NCBI GenBank assembly: GCA_032718475.1 | Contig: JAUCBJ010005137.1 | Location: forward strand, 62,001-126,000 | DNA: 64,000 nucleotides | Source of the DNA: Nemertoderma westbladi | Lineage: Eukaryota > Animalia > Xenacoelomorpha | Reading direction: 5' to 3' | Part shown: positions 21,746 to 35,245 of the stretch, piece by piece | How positions within the stretch are numbered: the first letter of the stretch is position 1 | How the letters are laid out: each line of letters begins with the position of its first letter | The notes under the pieces: generated by a model | What the model was told of the DNA's origin: nothing | Databases searched by the model: none | Seen by the model: only the letters and a program-made list of their open reading frames with translations | Position numbers and translations under genes: made by a program

Positions 21746-21910
21746 TCCATGGTCTCACGACCTTTACGGAACCCATTCTGATTTCCACGGAGCAGTCTCT
21801 CAATGGGATCCCTGATGCGATTTAATAAACTTTACATTAAAATGCAACCTTTTTCATATTTTTTCTCCATTATCTCTATTTCCTTCCGTTATTTTCGACT
21901 TTTTCAGTAT

Positions 21911-22185
21911 CGTTTATTGTTTTGGTTGGAAAAGCCTGCCTCTGTAATCTGCTCCTTTCCCTCAATTGGTAACAATATCGTTTATTGCTTTGGTTAGATA
22001 AGCCTGCCTCTGTAACCTGTTCCTTTCCCTCAATTGGTAACAATATCGTTTATTATTTTGGTTAGAAAATCCTGCCTCATTACCCTGTTCCTTTCCCTCA
22101 ATTGGTAACAATATCGTTTATTGTTTTGGTTAGAAAAGACTGCCTCTGTAACCTGCTCCTTTCCCTCATTCGGTAACAATATTGT
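21911..22185. repeat. 68-bp tandem repeat (4 copies); related degenerate units at ~43860-44575
   Basis: CGTTTATTGTTTTGGTTAGAAAAGCCTGCCTCTGTAACCTGCTCCTTTCCCTCAATTGGTAACAATAT-type unit. Confidence 0.88.
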
Positions 22186-22479
22186 TAATATTATATAAAA
22201 AAAATGCTGCCACCAATGCTGCGAAATTACATGATGTGGTAAAAAAGATTTGAAAAAATAATTTAAATTTTCTTCCCGATTTTTTCTCGAAATCCCAAAC
22301 TTCCCGAAAATATCAGTGTTTTCCCACGGAGATCGGCTAATAACTGAATTTTGAATCTTTGAATCTCTTTTCTCAAAGAGACCTGTTTTCGAGCAAAAAA
22401 ATTATATCCACAGGTACGGATTTGTGATCGATTTATACCTTTCTAGTTGGAGGAAAGTTGAGCAATAACTATGTATTTA

Positions 22480-24416
22480 CTTACACGAAGTGGGGCCTTC
22501 GCGCAGCACGTGACTTAAATTTAATTTAAGTACTAATTCGAAAGTATTACTGTATTAGCAAATTTTAAGCAGATTTCGCCTAATCACTTTTTACCTCTTT
22601 CATTTCTATTCAGACATTTCTGACTCTAGCGGTATAGTGAGAACTGAAGATGGATTAGGGTCTCCAGCCCCACAAAGACACAGCCTATGGATGAATAGTA
22701 CATACGTACATCGGCCAAGTTTCATCTTGAATAACGGATAACGAAATGAGAGACGGATCTCACTTTCAGAAATTTCGTCGTATAGCGGCAGACCGATTAA
22801 ATCTCCCCCCCCCCCCCCCCCCCCCCACAAAGACGCAGCATGTGGTCCAGAATATATGGCAAGATTCATTTTAAACTGATTAAAATCAATGAGACGGGAG
22901 AATCTATTCACTTTCAGGCATAAAGTAATCATAGCGGGTGACTGTTGAACTGATTTTCAACAAAACAAATTTTCAACTTGGCAGCTTTAAATTCGACAAA
23001 GTTATAAGCATGTCAATATCATAACGACGACAACGATTTCACTTTCAGACATTTGGCCCTCTAGCGGCAGACTGGAGAACTGCAGATGGATTCGCCTCCT
23101 TTGAAAGTCACAGCTAATGGTCTAATACATATCTGCCAAGTTTCAGCTTAAACGGATTAAAAGCAAAGAAATGGGAGGGAATTTAATGTTTAGACATGTG
23201 GCCCTCTAGCGGGAGACCATTGCACTGATGGTGTCTGAAAGTCTCTCAAAAATCTCAACTTTAGCTCATATTGATACCTACAAATTTTCAACTTGGCAGC
23301 TTTAAATCCGACAAAGTTATTAGCATGTCAAAATCGTAACGACGACAACGATTTCACTTTCAGACCTTTGGCCCTCTAGCGGCAGACTGGAGAACTACAG
23401 ATGGATTCGCCTCCTTTGAAAGTCACAGCTAATGGTCTAATACATATCTGCCAAGTTTCAGCTTAAACGGATTAAAAGCAAAGAAATGGGAGGGCATTTA
23501 ATGTTTAGACATGTGGCCCTCTAGCGGGAGACCATTGCACTGATGGTGTCTGAAAGTCTCTCAAAAATCTCACCTTTAGCTCATATTGATACCTACAAAT
23601 TTTCAACTTGGCAGCTTTAAATCCGACAAAGTTATTAGCATGTCAAAATCGTAACGACAACAACGATTTCACTTTCAGACCTTTAGCCCTCTAGCGGCAG
23701 ACTGGAGAACTGCAGATGGATTCGCCTCCTTTGAAAGTCACAGCTAATGGTCTAATACATATCTGCCAAGTTTCAGCTTAAACGGATTAAAAGCAAAGAA
23801 ATGGGAGGGCATTTAATGTTTAGACATGTGGCCCTCTAGCGGGAGACCATTGCACTGATGGTGTTTGAAAGTCTCTCAAAAATCTCAACTTTAGCTCATA
23901 TTGATACCTACAAATTTTCAACTTGGCAGCTTTAAATCCGACAAAGTTATTAGCATGTCAAAATCGTAACGACGACAACGATTTCACTTTCAGACCTTTG
24001 GCCCTCTAGCGGCAGACTGGAGAACTGCAGATGGATTCGCCTCCTTTGAAAGTCACAGCTAATGGTCTAATACATATCTGCCAAGTTTCAGCTTAAACGG
24101 ATTAAAAGCAAAGAAATGGGAGGGCATTTAATGTTTAGACATGTGGCCCTCTAGCGGGAGACCATTGCACTGATGGTGTCTGAAAGTCACTCAAAAATCT
24201 CAACTTTAGCTCATATTGATACCTACAAATTTTCAACTTGGCAGCTTTAAATCCGACAAAGTTATTAGCATGTCAAAATCGTAACGACGACAACGACGAC
24301 GACGACGACGACGACAACGACGACGACGACGACGACAACTATTTGCATAAATTGACCCACCCCCTAACAGTGTCAATTCGCTAAGGCTCCGCCAACTTCG
24401 TGGCTCGCCCCACATG
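22480..24416 (+). mobile_element. Helentron-associated (HINE/pearl-like) non-autonomous element with a 315-bp tandem array and (ACG)n microsatellite
   Basis: Near-identical units at ~22967, 23282, 23597, 23912, partial 24227; (ACG)n ~24284-24337; GC-rich terminal motif GGCTCCGCCAACTTCGTGGCTCGCCCCACATG; left boundary approximate. Confidence 0.6.
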
Positions 24417-24424
24417 TGTGTAAA

Positions 24425-25030
24425 GTGGCACTTTACAGTGTGATGATCCGAGTGGCTTTTACACGAACGAACGTTAGTGAGTGAGTGAAAATAAAGCCAC
24501 GAGGATCAGAACACTGTACTGTAAAGTACTTTTGCAACAAGTATGTATGTAGTTTTATTCAAAAATGTTAAACATTACGAAATGATTGTACATATACATA
24601 ATAAGTGATAGAAACTGCACAAATTATATTAGTTGCTGTATAAATAATTATAAAATGACATAAATTATGTTATAAATAAGTTAGCTTATATTTATCGCGG
24701 CGTTTGGAGCCATGTTATAATAATATAGCTAGGCCCTACTGGTTATTAATAGCTAAACCCCGCCTACCGGTAAGTAATGCAGTAGGCCTATCTGGCTGTC
24801 AGGCAAATTTCCACCTATTGTTTACGTGGTAACCATGATGGCGTTAAGTAATGTCCACTAGGGTGACATTACTTAACGCCGTCAGTTACCACGTAAACAA
24901 TAACACCAAATACAATACTAAATGTACAGGCCAATACAATGCTGCAATGTCCTCCAAAGTTGTAAAGTGCTAAATAACAACTCGCTGTTAAATACTAATG
25001 GCGTTGAGTAATGTTACAATTTTGGAATAA
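24425..25030. repeat. Hairpin-rich repeat with an 87-bp imperfect palindrome at 24816-24902
   Basis: TATTGTTTACGTGGTAAC..GGCGTTAAGTAATGTC / GACATTACTTAACGCC..GTTACCACGTAAACAATA; second hairpin 24430-24527. Confidence 0.6.
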
Positions 25031-25470
25031 AATACTTTGCATTAGACGTTTGAAAAAAAGTTAAATTCAGAAAAAAACAAAAATCAATGAATGTTTCGTG
25101 CTGCGCGAAGCTGAAAAAATGACATATTGACATTTGTTTGTATTAAGTTGGTCACTATACAGTAGGTTTAAAAATGACTGTTAAATTTTTTGGAGCGGCC
25201 CCAAAAGAATTTGCGAGGCGGGAACGGTTTTTATCAAGGGTACGAATTTACGATAGAGCCCAAAGCGAACTTAGATCTTAGGGGAATTTGGATCCCAATT
25301 TATACAAATCCCTTAGCACACGCCAGGGGAGAGGCGAATTGAGATCCCACGTGTACTGTGCGCTGGCCGCGTTCTATCGATATTATACAGTAGTATATTG
25401 TATATTAAGCATATAAAAGTAATTATAATGATATAATGCAAACAAGTCATACACTAAAAGTAGGTGCGAG

Positions 25471-26659
25471 TGTAAAAGCTTTTGTGGGATAACTGATTCG
25501 TTTGCCTTGTTGGCCAGTTCCCCCCCGGTCGCTAGAATACTCTAAAGGGGATCTATAGTTAAAATAGTGCAAGCTACCAGCTTATTGGCTGATTTGCTGT
25601 ACGCAGGTATCTGGGCTCTGTTTAATCGGCCAACCAGCCTAGAAAGGTTGCGTCATAGCCTTGTTTTTGTATCTCCCAATAGAATTTGAGTTAGCCTTGA
25701 TTTTGACCTATCACAGAGCTACTGAACTGAAATTTTCCTATCTCACTGCTCTTTCTCTGTGTTGAACGGGAGCTTCGTGGAATAAGGGTAGTTGGTATCC
25801 TCGTATAGAGCAGTAGTCACGAGTTTTTCAAAGCCACGAAAGAACGGCTTTGTAGTGTTTTATGTTTTCTGCTTTTTAGCTCAACACTAGTAGGTTTAAT
25901 TATAAGGACATATATCCTTTAACTCATGGAATCACTGATCTGTGAATACTGCAACTGTACACGACCTTTAATAACTGATCTGTGAATACTGCATACTGCT
26001 ATTTGTTGTCGGTTATTCATTATATTTGTTGATGAATTATTATATTGGAATAACGAGAAATAACCCCGAAAACCCAATATTCTTGATATACCGAAGGTAA
26101 GAGAGAAAGGTTACCTATAACGATTGTGACTTATGTTAAAGTGGTTTGAAGTGAATCTAATGTTATTTGATAGACCCTACATGAGTCAGTCTGTGTTCCT
26201 TTTATATGTGACTAAAATCAGTGAAGATTGGCAGATTAGTGTGCAGTATTGTGCAGCATTGTGTATAAGTGAGTCTGTTAAAGAAGCATTTCCTAAAGAA
26301 TGCGCCATATATGTGAATTATAATTAAGCCATATCGTTGTGAGTAGTTTAAGTCATAACTCTGTTTATATAGATAAAGCGCCACGTCCTAAAGGAACTGT
26401 TAATATTCCCGAAGGTGAATAATATTGTCAGAGATTATATAATACTGTCAGTCGAATAATACATTAGGCTTACATAGCAATAAAATTAAACCGTCGAACC
26501 CAATCTCCCGGGAATATCCAGCGGGTGAATGATCGCGCACAGATTGGTTTCGACTAGTGTAGTGAATCAAATACTTGTCATAGGCTAAAAAGCGATTTAA
26601 TATCTAGAAGACATCTTAATTTGGCGGGTTAAACTGCCAAAGGTCTGAAAGCGCGAACA
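25471..26659 (+). mobile_element. Solo LTR of a related BEL/Pao subfamily with 5-bp TSD GCGAG
   Basis: GCGAG|TGTAAAAGCTTTTGTGGG...GCGCGAACA|GCGAG; both ends homologous to 9031-10259. Confidence 0.95.
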
Positions 26660-27316
26660 GCGAGCCCGATCAGTGACTCACTAACAGACTACAAATTGCC
26701 AATTAATAGCTAATTCGTTGTAATGTATTGGTGGTGCGATCTAAGTTCGCTTCCCTTCAAGCGTGATAACATTTACAGTAAGGTCTGCTGGCCTATGGGA
26801 ATGACATTTAACATTAACACAGCTACGGGACAGCAATAATATATGCAAGGTTGTATCAAGTTCGAATGTTGAGGATCTAAGTTTGCATGGGAAGGATCTA
26901 AGTTCGTATGGGAAGGATCTAAGTTCGTATGGGAAGGATCAGGGCCTTCATAAAATAATTTAATATATATAATTAAGTTATTTTATGAAGGCCCTGGAAG
27001 GATCTAAGTTCACCCAAGATCCCAGACTGGAATCTCTATTTTTGCACGCCGGAGAGGTGCGCCCTGCGTAAAATATTTTGCGCCAACCGACACTAAATTT
27101 ACGCCAACCAAAAAAATATGTTCCTATGGCATACAACGTGCGCCAACGAAGAAAGTTTAAAAACGAATATTAATTATGAATTATATCGTATTGAATTGAG
27201 TTTATTAAGTAAATAAGATATAGAAGAATACAAAATGTGAGACCTTACAGTAGATATACATTTGACAGCTTCTGAGCTTGACAATAACAGAATGAAAAAT
27301 TACAGTAGATAAGATA

Positions 27317-28560
27317 CATGTGGGGCGAGACACGTATGGCGAGCCATCAGCGAACTGATATAATTATACTATGGCCGTTTTTCAAAAGTCTGTGTGTGTG
27401 TGTGTGACGTGTGTGTGTGTCGGTAGCCATAAATGTCGGAAGCCATAATCTAAATTAATATATTCAGCTAAAGAGCACCAATCTGAGCGAATGATACATC
27501 GGTTAGCAAGGCAGCTAGCTACTTGCAGACCAATCATAGGTGGCCTGCAGCAGGCTGGGTTGGTTAAGTAGTAATCTCAATAAATAGGACCCAGCAGGAG
27601 AGTGGAGAGGATCTACTGTGATTGGTTCTTGACTTACATTGGTAAGAACCAGCAGTGAATCTTAGATTAGCTTTTTTCAGTTCACATATTGTTTATAATC
27701 ATAAACACAAAATGATTCAATTATTCAATTTTGCAATGTACCGGATGGGTGCTAGCGAGGTAGGCCTAGCAGGTCGTCAGTCCGTCATCCTACAAGTTGG
27801 ATCTTGACTCTATCATGTGCGTTCATCTATATGATGCAGACCATCCTGAGCCCGTGGTGAACATGAATTGTAAAGGCTATCTCGAGGCTGATTATTTTAC
27901 ACATTTACTTGATACTTGCATGAATGCGTCTTTGAGGTAAAATTGCATTATTCTGCAGTTGTTTTGTTATCTGAGAAATTAACTGATCAGCAAGCAGGAA
28001 ATTATAACAGCATCATCGTAACCACTCTGCTGACACTTTGCAGAATAAATTCTACCAGACCATAGCTGCGTGTTGGGAGGACGTCGACCAGTTTGCGGTT
28101 CTTCAGTCTGCCACTAGGAGGCGAAATGTCTGAAAGTGAAAATCGTATCCTATTTTGTTATTAATAATGATTTTTAGCTGATACTTAGGTCCTTTACACA
28201 ATATGTTTATAATGTTTTTTTTGCTGATACCAAGCAGAGTATACTACACCGTAAGGGTGTGTATTTGGGCTTGGGGAGACGATGACCAATCTACAGTTCC
28301 CCAGTCTGCCGCTATTAGGGGATGAAATGTCTGAATGAGGAAACCTACAATTTTGTTGTTTATGAATGCTTTTTTGCTGATACTTGGCACTTGGCAGGCA
28401 GTCTGTCACTAGGGGGCGAAATGTCTGAAATTACAACCTTCCATTTTAATACGATAGAGTTGCTGCAGTGACCTACTGCACTACAGGTTGTTTGCGAGGA
28501 CGCTGCCCACTACTCTGCAGTTATACAGTTTTCCACTAGGGGAAAATATCACACAGTTTA
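27317..28560 (-). mobile_element. Diverged HINE-like relative of the 22480-24416 element, opposite orientation; another terminus copy at ~28947-29047
   Basis: CATGTGGGGCGAGACACG..GCGAGCCATCAGCGAAC is the reverse-complement homologue of ~24375-24416; (GT)n follows; CAGTCTGCCACTAGGAGGCGAAATGTCTGAAAGTGAAA matches the 315-bp unit in reverse. Confidence 0.6.
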
Positions 28561-30061
28561 AACCTTTTCCCATTTTATTATTTATCTATTACAACATAAA
28601 GCCTTATGTTTATTATTGTATGTAGCTGCAACTAAAGCGGCATCAGTCTGTTTGTTTGAGAGAATGCTCACTTATGTAAAGTTTTGTTAAGTTAATTAAT
28701 TAATTTATTTATGTTTGATATTGTCCATTGATTGATTGACTGTATAGAAGCTTGTGAACTAGAAGGTTTCTAGTGTTATATATAAATATGCATGTATGAC
28801 TGTGAGTCTGTCCAAGCTATACGCTCCGACACACGAGCACCAATCTGAGCAAATGATCGAAAGCTCTCATCCCGACTCCCGAGCACGTAAACTATCGCTA
28901 TCTCGAGGCTAATTTTACTTGTTTGTTTGCGTGAATGCGTATTTTGTGTGGGGCGAGACACGAATGGCGAGCCATCAGCGAACTGATATACTGTAATTAT
29001 ACTATGGCCGTTTTTCAAAAGTCTCTGTGTGTGTATGTGTGTGTGTGACAACAAGGCATGAACAAGGGCAGCCGTGCCCAATAATATTTCTTGAAGTTGT
29101 ACATTACTAAAATGGCAGCTAAAGCTAAAGTCATTGACCAAGCCAGTGCCTAGGCTAGCACACAAGGACATGGCCTAACCTGTAGTAGTCTAGTAGAGGA
29201 ATAGCGCTCCTTCAATACATCTCAACAGACATCAATTCATTTGCCTGTGCCTACCATAACATAACATATATGCTTGATTTCCAATCACCTCTCACCACAA
29301 TTATTATTAGTAATTAAAAGTTTCAATTCGATTTGTCTTTCCGTTATCTGGTTATTCAGTTATTGCATTATTAATAAATAAATGTTTAAAAATATATCTT
29401 AGGCCAGTATTGGTTGACAGAAGGAGATACGCAATGCGTATCCCATTGCGCCTCATAATAGCCTCTCGTCAACAAGTCAACCCCACCGACTAGCGGCACT
29501 GGCTGTTTCAGCTAACGGGGCTCTGTCGAAAAACGCGTCCCTGATGCAGTAAGGGCCCTCTTTTGAGGAGCAAAATTATTATTGCCGCGGAACTGCTTCT
29601 ACTCTAGGCCAGACCTAGCCAGAAGTAGAATCCTCACCAACCATCAACACGAATAGATGAATCTGACACTTGCCCCAACACACCCCCCCCCCCCCCCCCC
29701 CCCGCCCCAATGACGCAGAGGCAGACCAACAACACTCCTCTTCACCTCTACCGATGTCGGAGAGTAAAAAAATACCACGCATTATAGAATACAGGATAAG
29801 TTTGATCCAAGCAATGCAACGAAACCTGTAAGTTAGAAAATGCATGGTCCCAATATTTGCAAAATAATTACAAAGTCCTAGTCCGAGTGGCCCACACCCG
29901 CTCAGGTGTGCCCACTGCGGATCTTCCGTAGTAAACCAATTTGGTCAGGTCAAATCCAAACATTCACTGGAGATCACCCAATGGGGCGCTATGTGAAATA
30001 CCGTGCAGACACGATGATGAAATATATCTTACGAAATATGGTTAATAATTAAAACGTGTCG

Positions 30062-30610
30062 CTAACATTCTCGCTGTGGGGGTTTTAAGGGGTGCTGATT
30101 ACATTTCTGATGTCAGTTTTCACGTTTACATAAATCTAGTCTGTCTGTTTGTCGGTAATTCTGTTAGTCAGTCTGTCAAAACATAAAAAATAATTCAAAT
30201 TAACTAACATTCTCGCTATGGGGGTTTTAAGGGGTGCTGATTTCATTTCTGATGTCAGTTTTCAGGTTTACATTAATCTAGTTTGTCGGATTGTCGGTCT
30301 TTCTGTCAGTCAGTCAGTCTGTCAAAACTTTAAAAAGAATACAAACTAACTAACATTCTCGTTATGGGGGTTTTAATGGGTGCTGATTTCATTTCAGATG
30401 TCAGTTTTCACGTTTAATAAATCTAGTCTGTCTGGCTGTTGGTCTGTCGGTCTTTCTGTCAGTCAGTCTGTCAAAACTTAAGAAAGTATACTAACTAACC
30501 AACATTCCCGCTATGGGGGTGTTAAGGGTTGCTGATTTCATTTCTGATGTCAGTTTACACGTTTACATAAATCCAGTCTGTCTGTCTGTCGGTCTTACTG
30601 TCAGTCTGTA
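30062..30610. repeat. ~145-150-bp tandem repeat (4 copies)
   Basis: AACATTCTCGCTATGGGGGTTTTAAGGGGTGCTGATTTCATTTCTGATGTCAGTTTTCACGTTTAC-type unit at ~30062, 30204, 30350, 30499. Confidence 0.85.
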
Positions 30611-31947
30611 CTACTGTACTGTGGTTGGCATTACGCCATATATCTAACATTGATAATACAGTCTACAATAAAGCCTATCCTATCTACAGTACAGAATGGA
30701 TTTTTTGCCATGAAGAGCACTAAATGTCTTTAATACTATCCACCAGTATACCTAGACCAAGAGCCTTCCAATAAAACATGTATTGCAGCATGACGTCCAC
30801 TGCATGTCTTAGTGTTGTCCATGGTGACATGCACTGGACGTCATAGGCTCTAAGGGGTTAAGCAACACGGTCCCTACTTCGTCTGTCGACACCCCAGCCA
30901 TTTTTCACCAATCATTTTTTAGAGTTTTTAAATTTTTTTGTTATTGGTGAAAGTTCTAGAACATTAGTAGATATGTTCTTTATGATAGCTACCGGTAGTG
31001 TTTTTTGCTAGCTAGTATTTTTAGAAATTATAAAAAATGTGAAAGTCCATGATATTTCAGGTTAAACTGTTGAAGAATATATTAATGACCAAAATAATTT
31101 CCAAAAATTACTAGCTAGTAAAAAATACTAGCTATATACCATAAAAAATCTACTAAGGTTCTAGAACATTCACTAATATAAAAAAGCAATCAAAATCACA
31201 AAGAAATAAAAGTTAAAAAACTCATTCGGGACACTTTTGCTTAAGGAGTCAAAATTGTAGAAAAAATTACCGAAGTTTGCGACGTTTGCGAAATGCGCGA
31301 CGTTTGCGAAATTCGCGAAGAATCCGTCAGTTTCTGTGCCCTAATGGGTTCGTGCCAAAACAATCAAATCTTACACACTTAACACACACGAACTAATTTA
31401 AAGTGGGTATTAGTATGCCTGAATAATTACATAGAAATTAAGTTAATGAACGCTATTTCAACATGAAATCTACGGAATCAATACACAACACACGCACACT
31501 ACTGAATTTAAAAATTTATATAGATTTCAACTTATATTTGCCTACCTTTTAATGTGTGACTAATTTAATTATTCAACCCTATATATTTGTAGCCTTTTTA
31601 ATTTGTGCCTTTAATTGAATCAAACATTAAACTAAAATATATGTCACAATATTGGTCTGTCTGTAGCTGCTCAATGAATCCCTCATAAATTTGTTAATTA
31701 GTCGCTGTTCATTCATTGAACATTTTAACACGTGCTGCTCGAAGACCCCACAACGTGTACAGTGTTGCTTATGTGCGCCGGAGATCTCTCCGAAGAAGCC
31801 GAGCAGCCGACAGATTCCTTCCAGTCTGGCCAATATCTAAGTTCGTTCAGGATCTAAGGTGCTCAGGATCTAAAGCCTGAGCTGGGGAAACGCTGACAGG
31901 CCGACAGGTACTACGATTAAATGGATTAGGCCTACTGTATCTGCCTA

Positions 31948-33754
31948 TGGGTGTTTGAAAAAGGTGGACTGGACACAGGCACATCAAATATAGATAATAA
32001 ATAGTCTGGCAATCAGAAACGTATCAAGCAATGCTGTTTTGTAGTTATATGTACTGTCCACCTTTTTCAAGTTTCACTGTAGGATACAGTATCACAAGGA
32101 CAGGGTTATGGGCGACCGGTAAATAAGATTTGCATTATTCACCCGGGAAATTGGGATTATTAGGCCTACTCTTCATCTTCAATTATCTATCTATAATCGA
32201 CAATCGGCGTGCTGGAAGCAGCTGCATTATGAATACCATGACGGGCTGTCAACAACTTCCTATTACCCATGACTTTCGCGAGATTATCCGCAACTTCAAG
32301 CTCAAGGCCAGCGTCATTTAAGAGGCGTCTCAAGAAAGCCATGGTCTTCAATTAGTCAAATGTTTACCGGTACTGCTGTATTCGTATTGTAATAAATAAT
32401 ATTCTGGAATATTTTGTTTATATAATGAGTAGCTACGCAATATTAAATTGACATCAAACAATTAATTAGTAGTCGTCAAACAAATAAATAGGACCTAAAT
32501 AATAATGTCTACAAATTGTGTGTATGTACTGTATGAAATAGATTAAATGGCCTGCAGATAGCAGCGGAAGCAAATACCTGCCATTTTTGTACGACAATGT
32601 CTCGGCTATTTCTCAACGAAACTAATACTGTAGTTATATTTACATATTTACAGCATGTCCTGGAATTGGAATATAGTGTCGTTATTCAGGTGCATGCCCC
32701 CCCCCCCCCCCCCCACAAATTTTTCTTCAAATCGTAATGTGATTGCATGAAATTTGAAACAGAGTTAGTTTCATCTCCCACCTCCTTAGTGGGTGAGCCA
32801 GAATATTTATTTTTGCTTTCATTCTTCAGCTATTTCCCAACCAAATTCAAATATTTTTACATATTTGGAATCCTTGCACGGTCAGCTTTCCACTAGTACC
32901 AACAAATCACTAAATGTTTCAAGAATAACTGCCGTGTAACTAGTGCAATATCGACGGAGACACTTTTTTTTAAACGCTTGTAGCTAAAGAATGAAAGCAA
33001 AAATAAAAATTCTGGCTCACCCAGTCTGTGGTCGGGAGGTGAAACTATCTCTGTTTCAAATTTCATGCAATCTCATTAAGATTTGTAGAAAAAGATTTAA
33101 GGAGGGGAGGGGGGAGGGTATTTTAATACAGTAATTATAATAATACTAAGCATGATTGTGACAATAAAACTACATAGAGGGCCTATTGTACAACAAATAA
33201 AATACTTTATTTACCTATTCGCGCCTCGATCTGACTTATTTAAATACCATCGCAGCGCTCGGTCGTTTAATATCAGATCTCGGGACAAACGGTAAACAAA
33301 GCATATTATATTTAGCGTACAATACAGTAGTTATTAATTAACGTTATAATGTGTTAGAATATTAACGTTCAAATATTGATGCTAAAAGGCTCAGCTCACA
33401 GAGTTAGTGGCGAGCCCCATATTATCAGATTATTGAACTACTGTACTTATGGACAACATCGATTGGTAACAATAAGTATGGCAGTATGGGATAATAATAA
33501 CAATTATCCATAAAAACATCTGAAAATTTTTTGAAAAACGTTGACAGAGCTGCTATAGCCTAATGTGCAGATAAATCTGATTGGTCAATTTATTGCCTGT
33601 TCATTCTCAACCCTGTCCACCTTTTTCAAATTTGAAAAAGATAGAAAACAAAGCTGAAAAGGGTGGACATGCTGTGTGACGCAACTCGCCCGTGATTGGT
33701 CTGTCCATTGTTGTCCATGTTTTCTGTGTCCAGTCCACCTTTTTCAAACACCCA
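31948..33754. mobile_element. MITE with 31-bp TIRs and 8-bp TSD TCTGCCTA, containing a nested copy of the 59482-62168 family (~32640-33130)
   Basis: TCTGCCTA|TGGGTGTTTGAAAAAGGTGGACTGGACACAG ... CTGTGTCCAGTCCACCTTTTTCAAACACCCA|TCTGCCTA. Confidence 0.9.
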
Positions 33755-35180
33755 TCTGCCTATTGCGTATATGCTAATATAGTAATACTGTATATGCCCT
33801 TAGGCAGCTAGGGGCTATAGGTACGGCTGATCAGCTGATAACAGGATAGAGTGATTGTTGTTCTGTGCATTTCACATTTCGTACTTCAATACAGCAATAC
33901 TGCAATACCTGAATACACAATACAGCAATAGCTGTATAGGCCTACCCCAGCCCCAGGTGTACCCTGCTACCGCCTACCGGTACTTTATTACAGTATTAAC
34001 TTTACTAAAAGTCTTAAAGTAGCTTGCTACAGCTGTACACAGGCTGTATGAACTTGAACTTGTTTATTTTAGCGGTTTCCAAAGTAAAATAAATACATAT
34101 CAGCATATCACTACAATTAGTTATAGGGCTTGTACAACTACAGTACAGTACGACGATCACAATGCAATTGCTACTGTTAACATAATATAGGCCTACGCCA
34201 TTCAGTTTAAGTGTTAAATATTGAATATTTACCACAATGTCAGAATGTAGGATTCGCAGTTCACAGTTGAAATAAAATGAATATAGAACGTAATTGATAC
34301 AGAACATAATTGAATATAATATACAGTACAAGCGTTATAATACTCCAGTTAAATTTAAATAATAAAATATGGTAATGGTATGACTGTATGATCGATCTTG
34401 TTAAAAACTGACAGGTTAAAAATACACAAAAATTATCTAAAAAATCCACAAGCAAAATTAATATGAATAGCCCAGGTGACACAGCACACAGGGCTGCAGG
34501 GCAGGTAACAAATAAAATAAGAAACGTTCTTGATACTTGATAAAATAAGTACCGTACATAAATACTGCACTGCCATTCAGCCATTAGCAACTTGCAACCA
34601 GACTGCCAGAAACAGATTTAAAGTTACAAATGAAAAAATACTAGAGAGATAGAGACTATTTTTTCCAAAACTACAGTATCTTGATTGTCTGTGGATGTAG
34701 GAATTATATTTAAATAGGCTAAAGTAATAAGAATTAATAATGGATTCGATCTTGTTTAAAATATCGTACAAAAGTTAAAATAAAGACGCTGATATTGACA
34801 CCACATTTTTCACCAAATTAACATATTTACACTAACAAAATATTTAAAACTAAAATAATTACAAGATAAAAAGCATGATCCAAGCTTGACGCCCATATGT
34901 GTGTAGTGTTATCACCGATAGAAATGAAATTTGAACTTGAACGGTACTGTTATTAGGCATATTCTTTCATTGTTGTCTTTACTTTTCGTTTATTGTTTTT
35001 TTTAGTTATAAAATCCTGCTCTTCCAAACTTTAATACAGTTATGTATAACCTGCTCCTATTGCATTAGGCCTAATTTGATTAATTCAACAATTTATAATG
35101 AACAATTTAGGTCTGACAATAATACTGAACTGACATCGATCAGTCGATATTATTCAGTTATTCGTCCGGACACGAGTTGT

Positions 35181-35192
35181 TGCGCATGCGCA
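35181..35192. promoter_or_regulatory. NRF1/Ewg-type palindrome just upstream of MLH1
   Basis: TGCGCATGCGCA about 55 bp before the likely ATG. Confidence 0.55.
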
Positions 35193-35245
35193 GAAACTTA
35201 CCAGCAATATTTCAGTATTTATCAGTGTATAGATTTCATGATCAG

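Noticed and set aside
35177-35245. N-terminal extension of MLH1 from the ORF track
   Set aside because: TTG start overlapping the NRF1-like promoter motif; homology begins after ATG 35246
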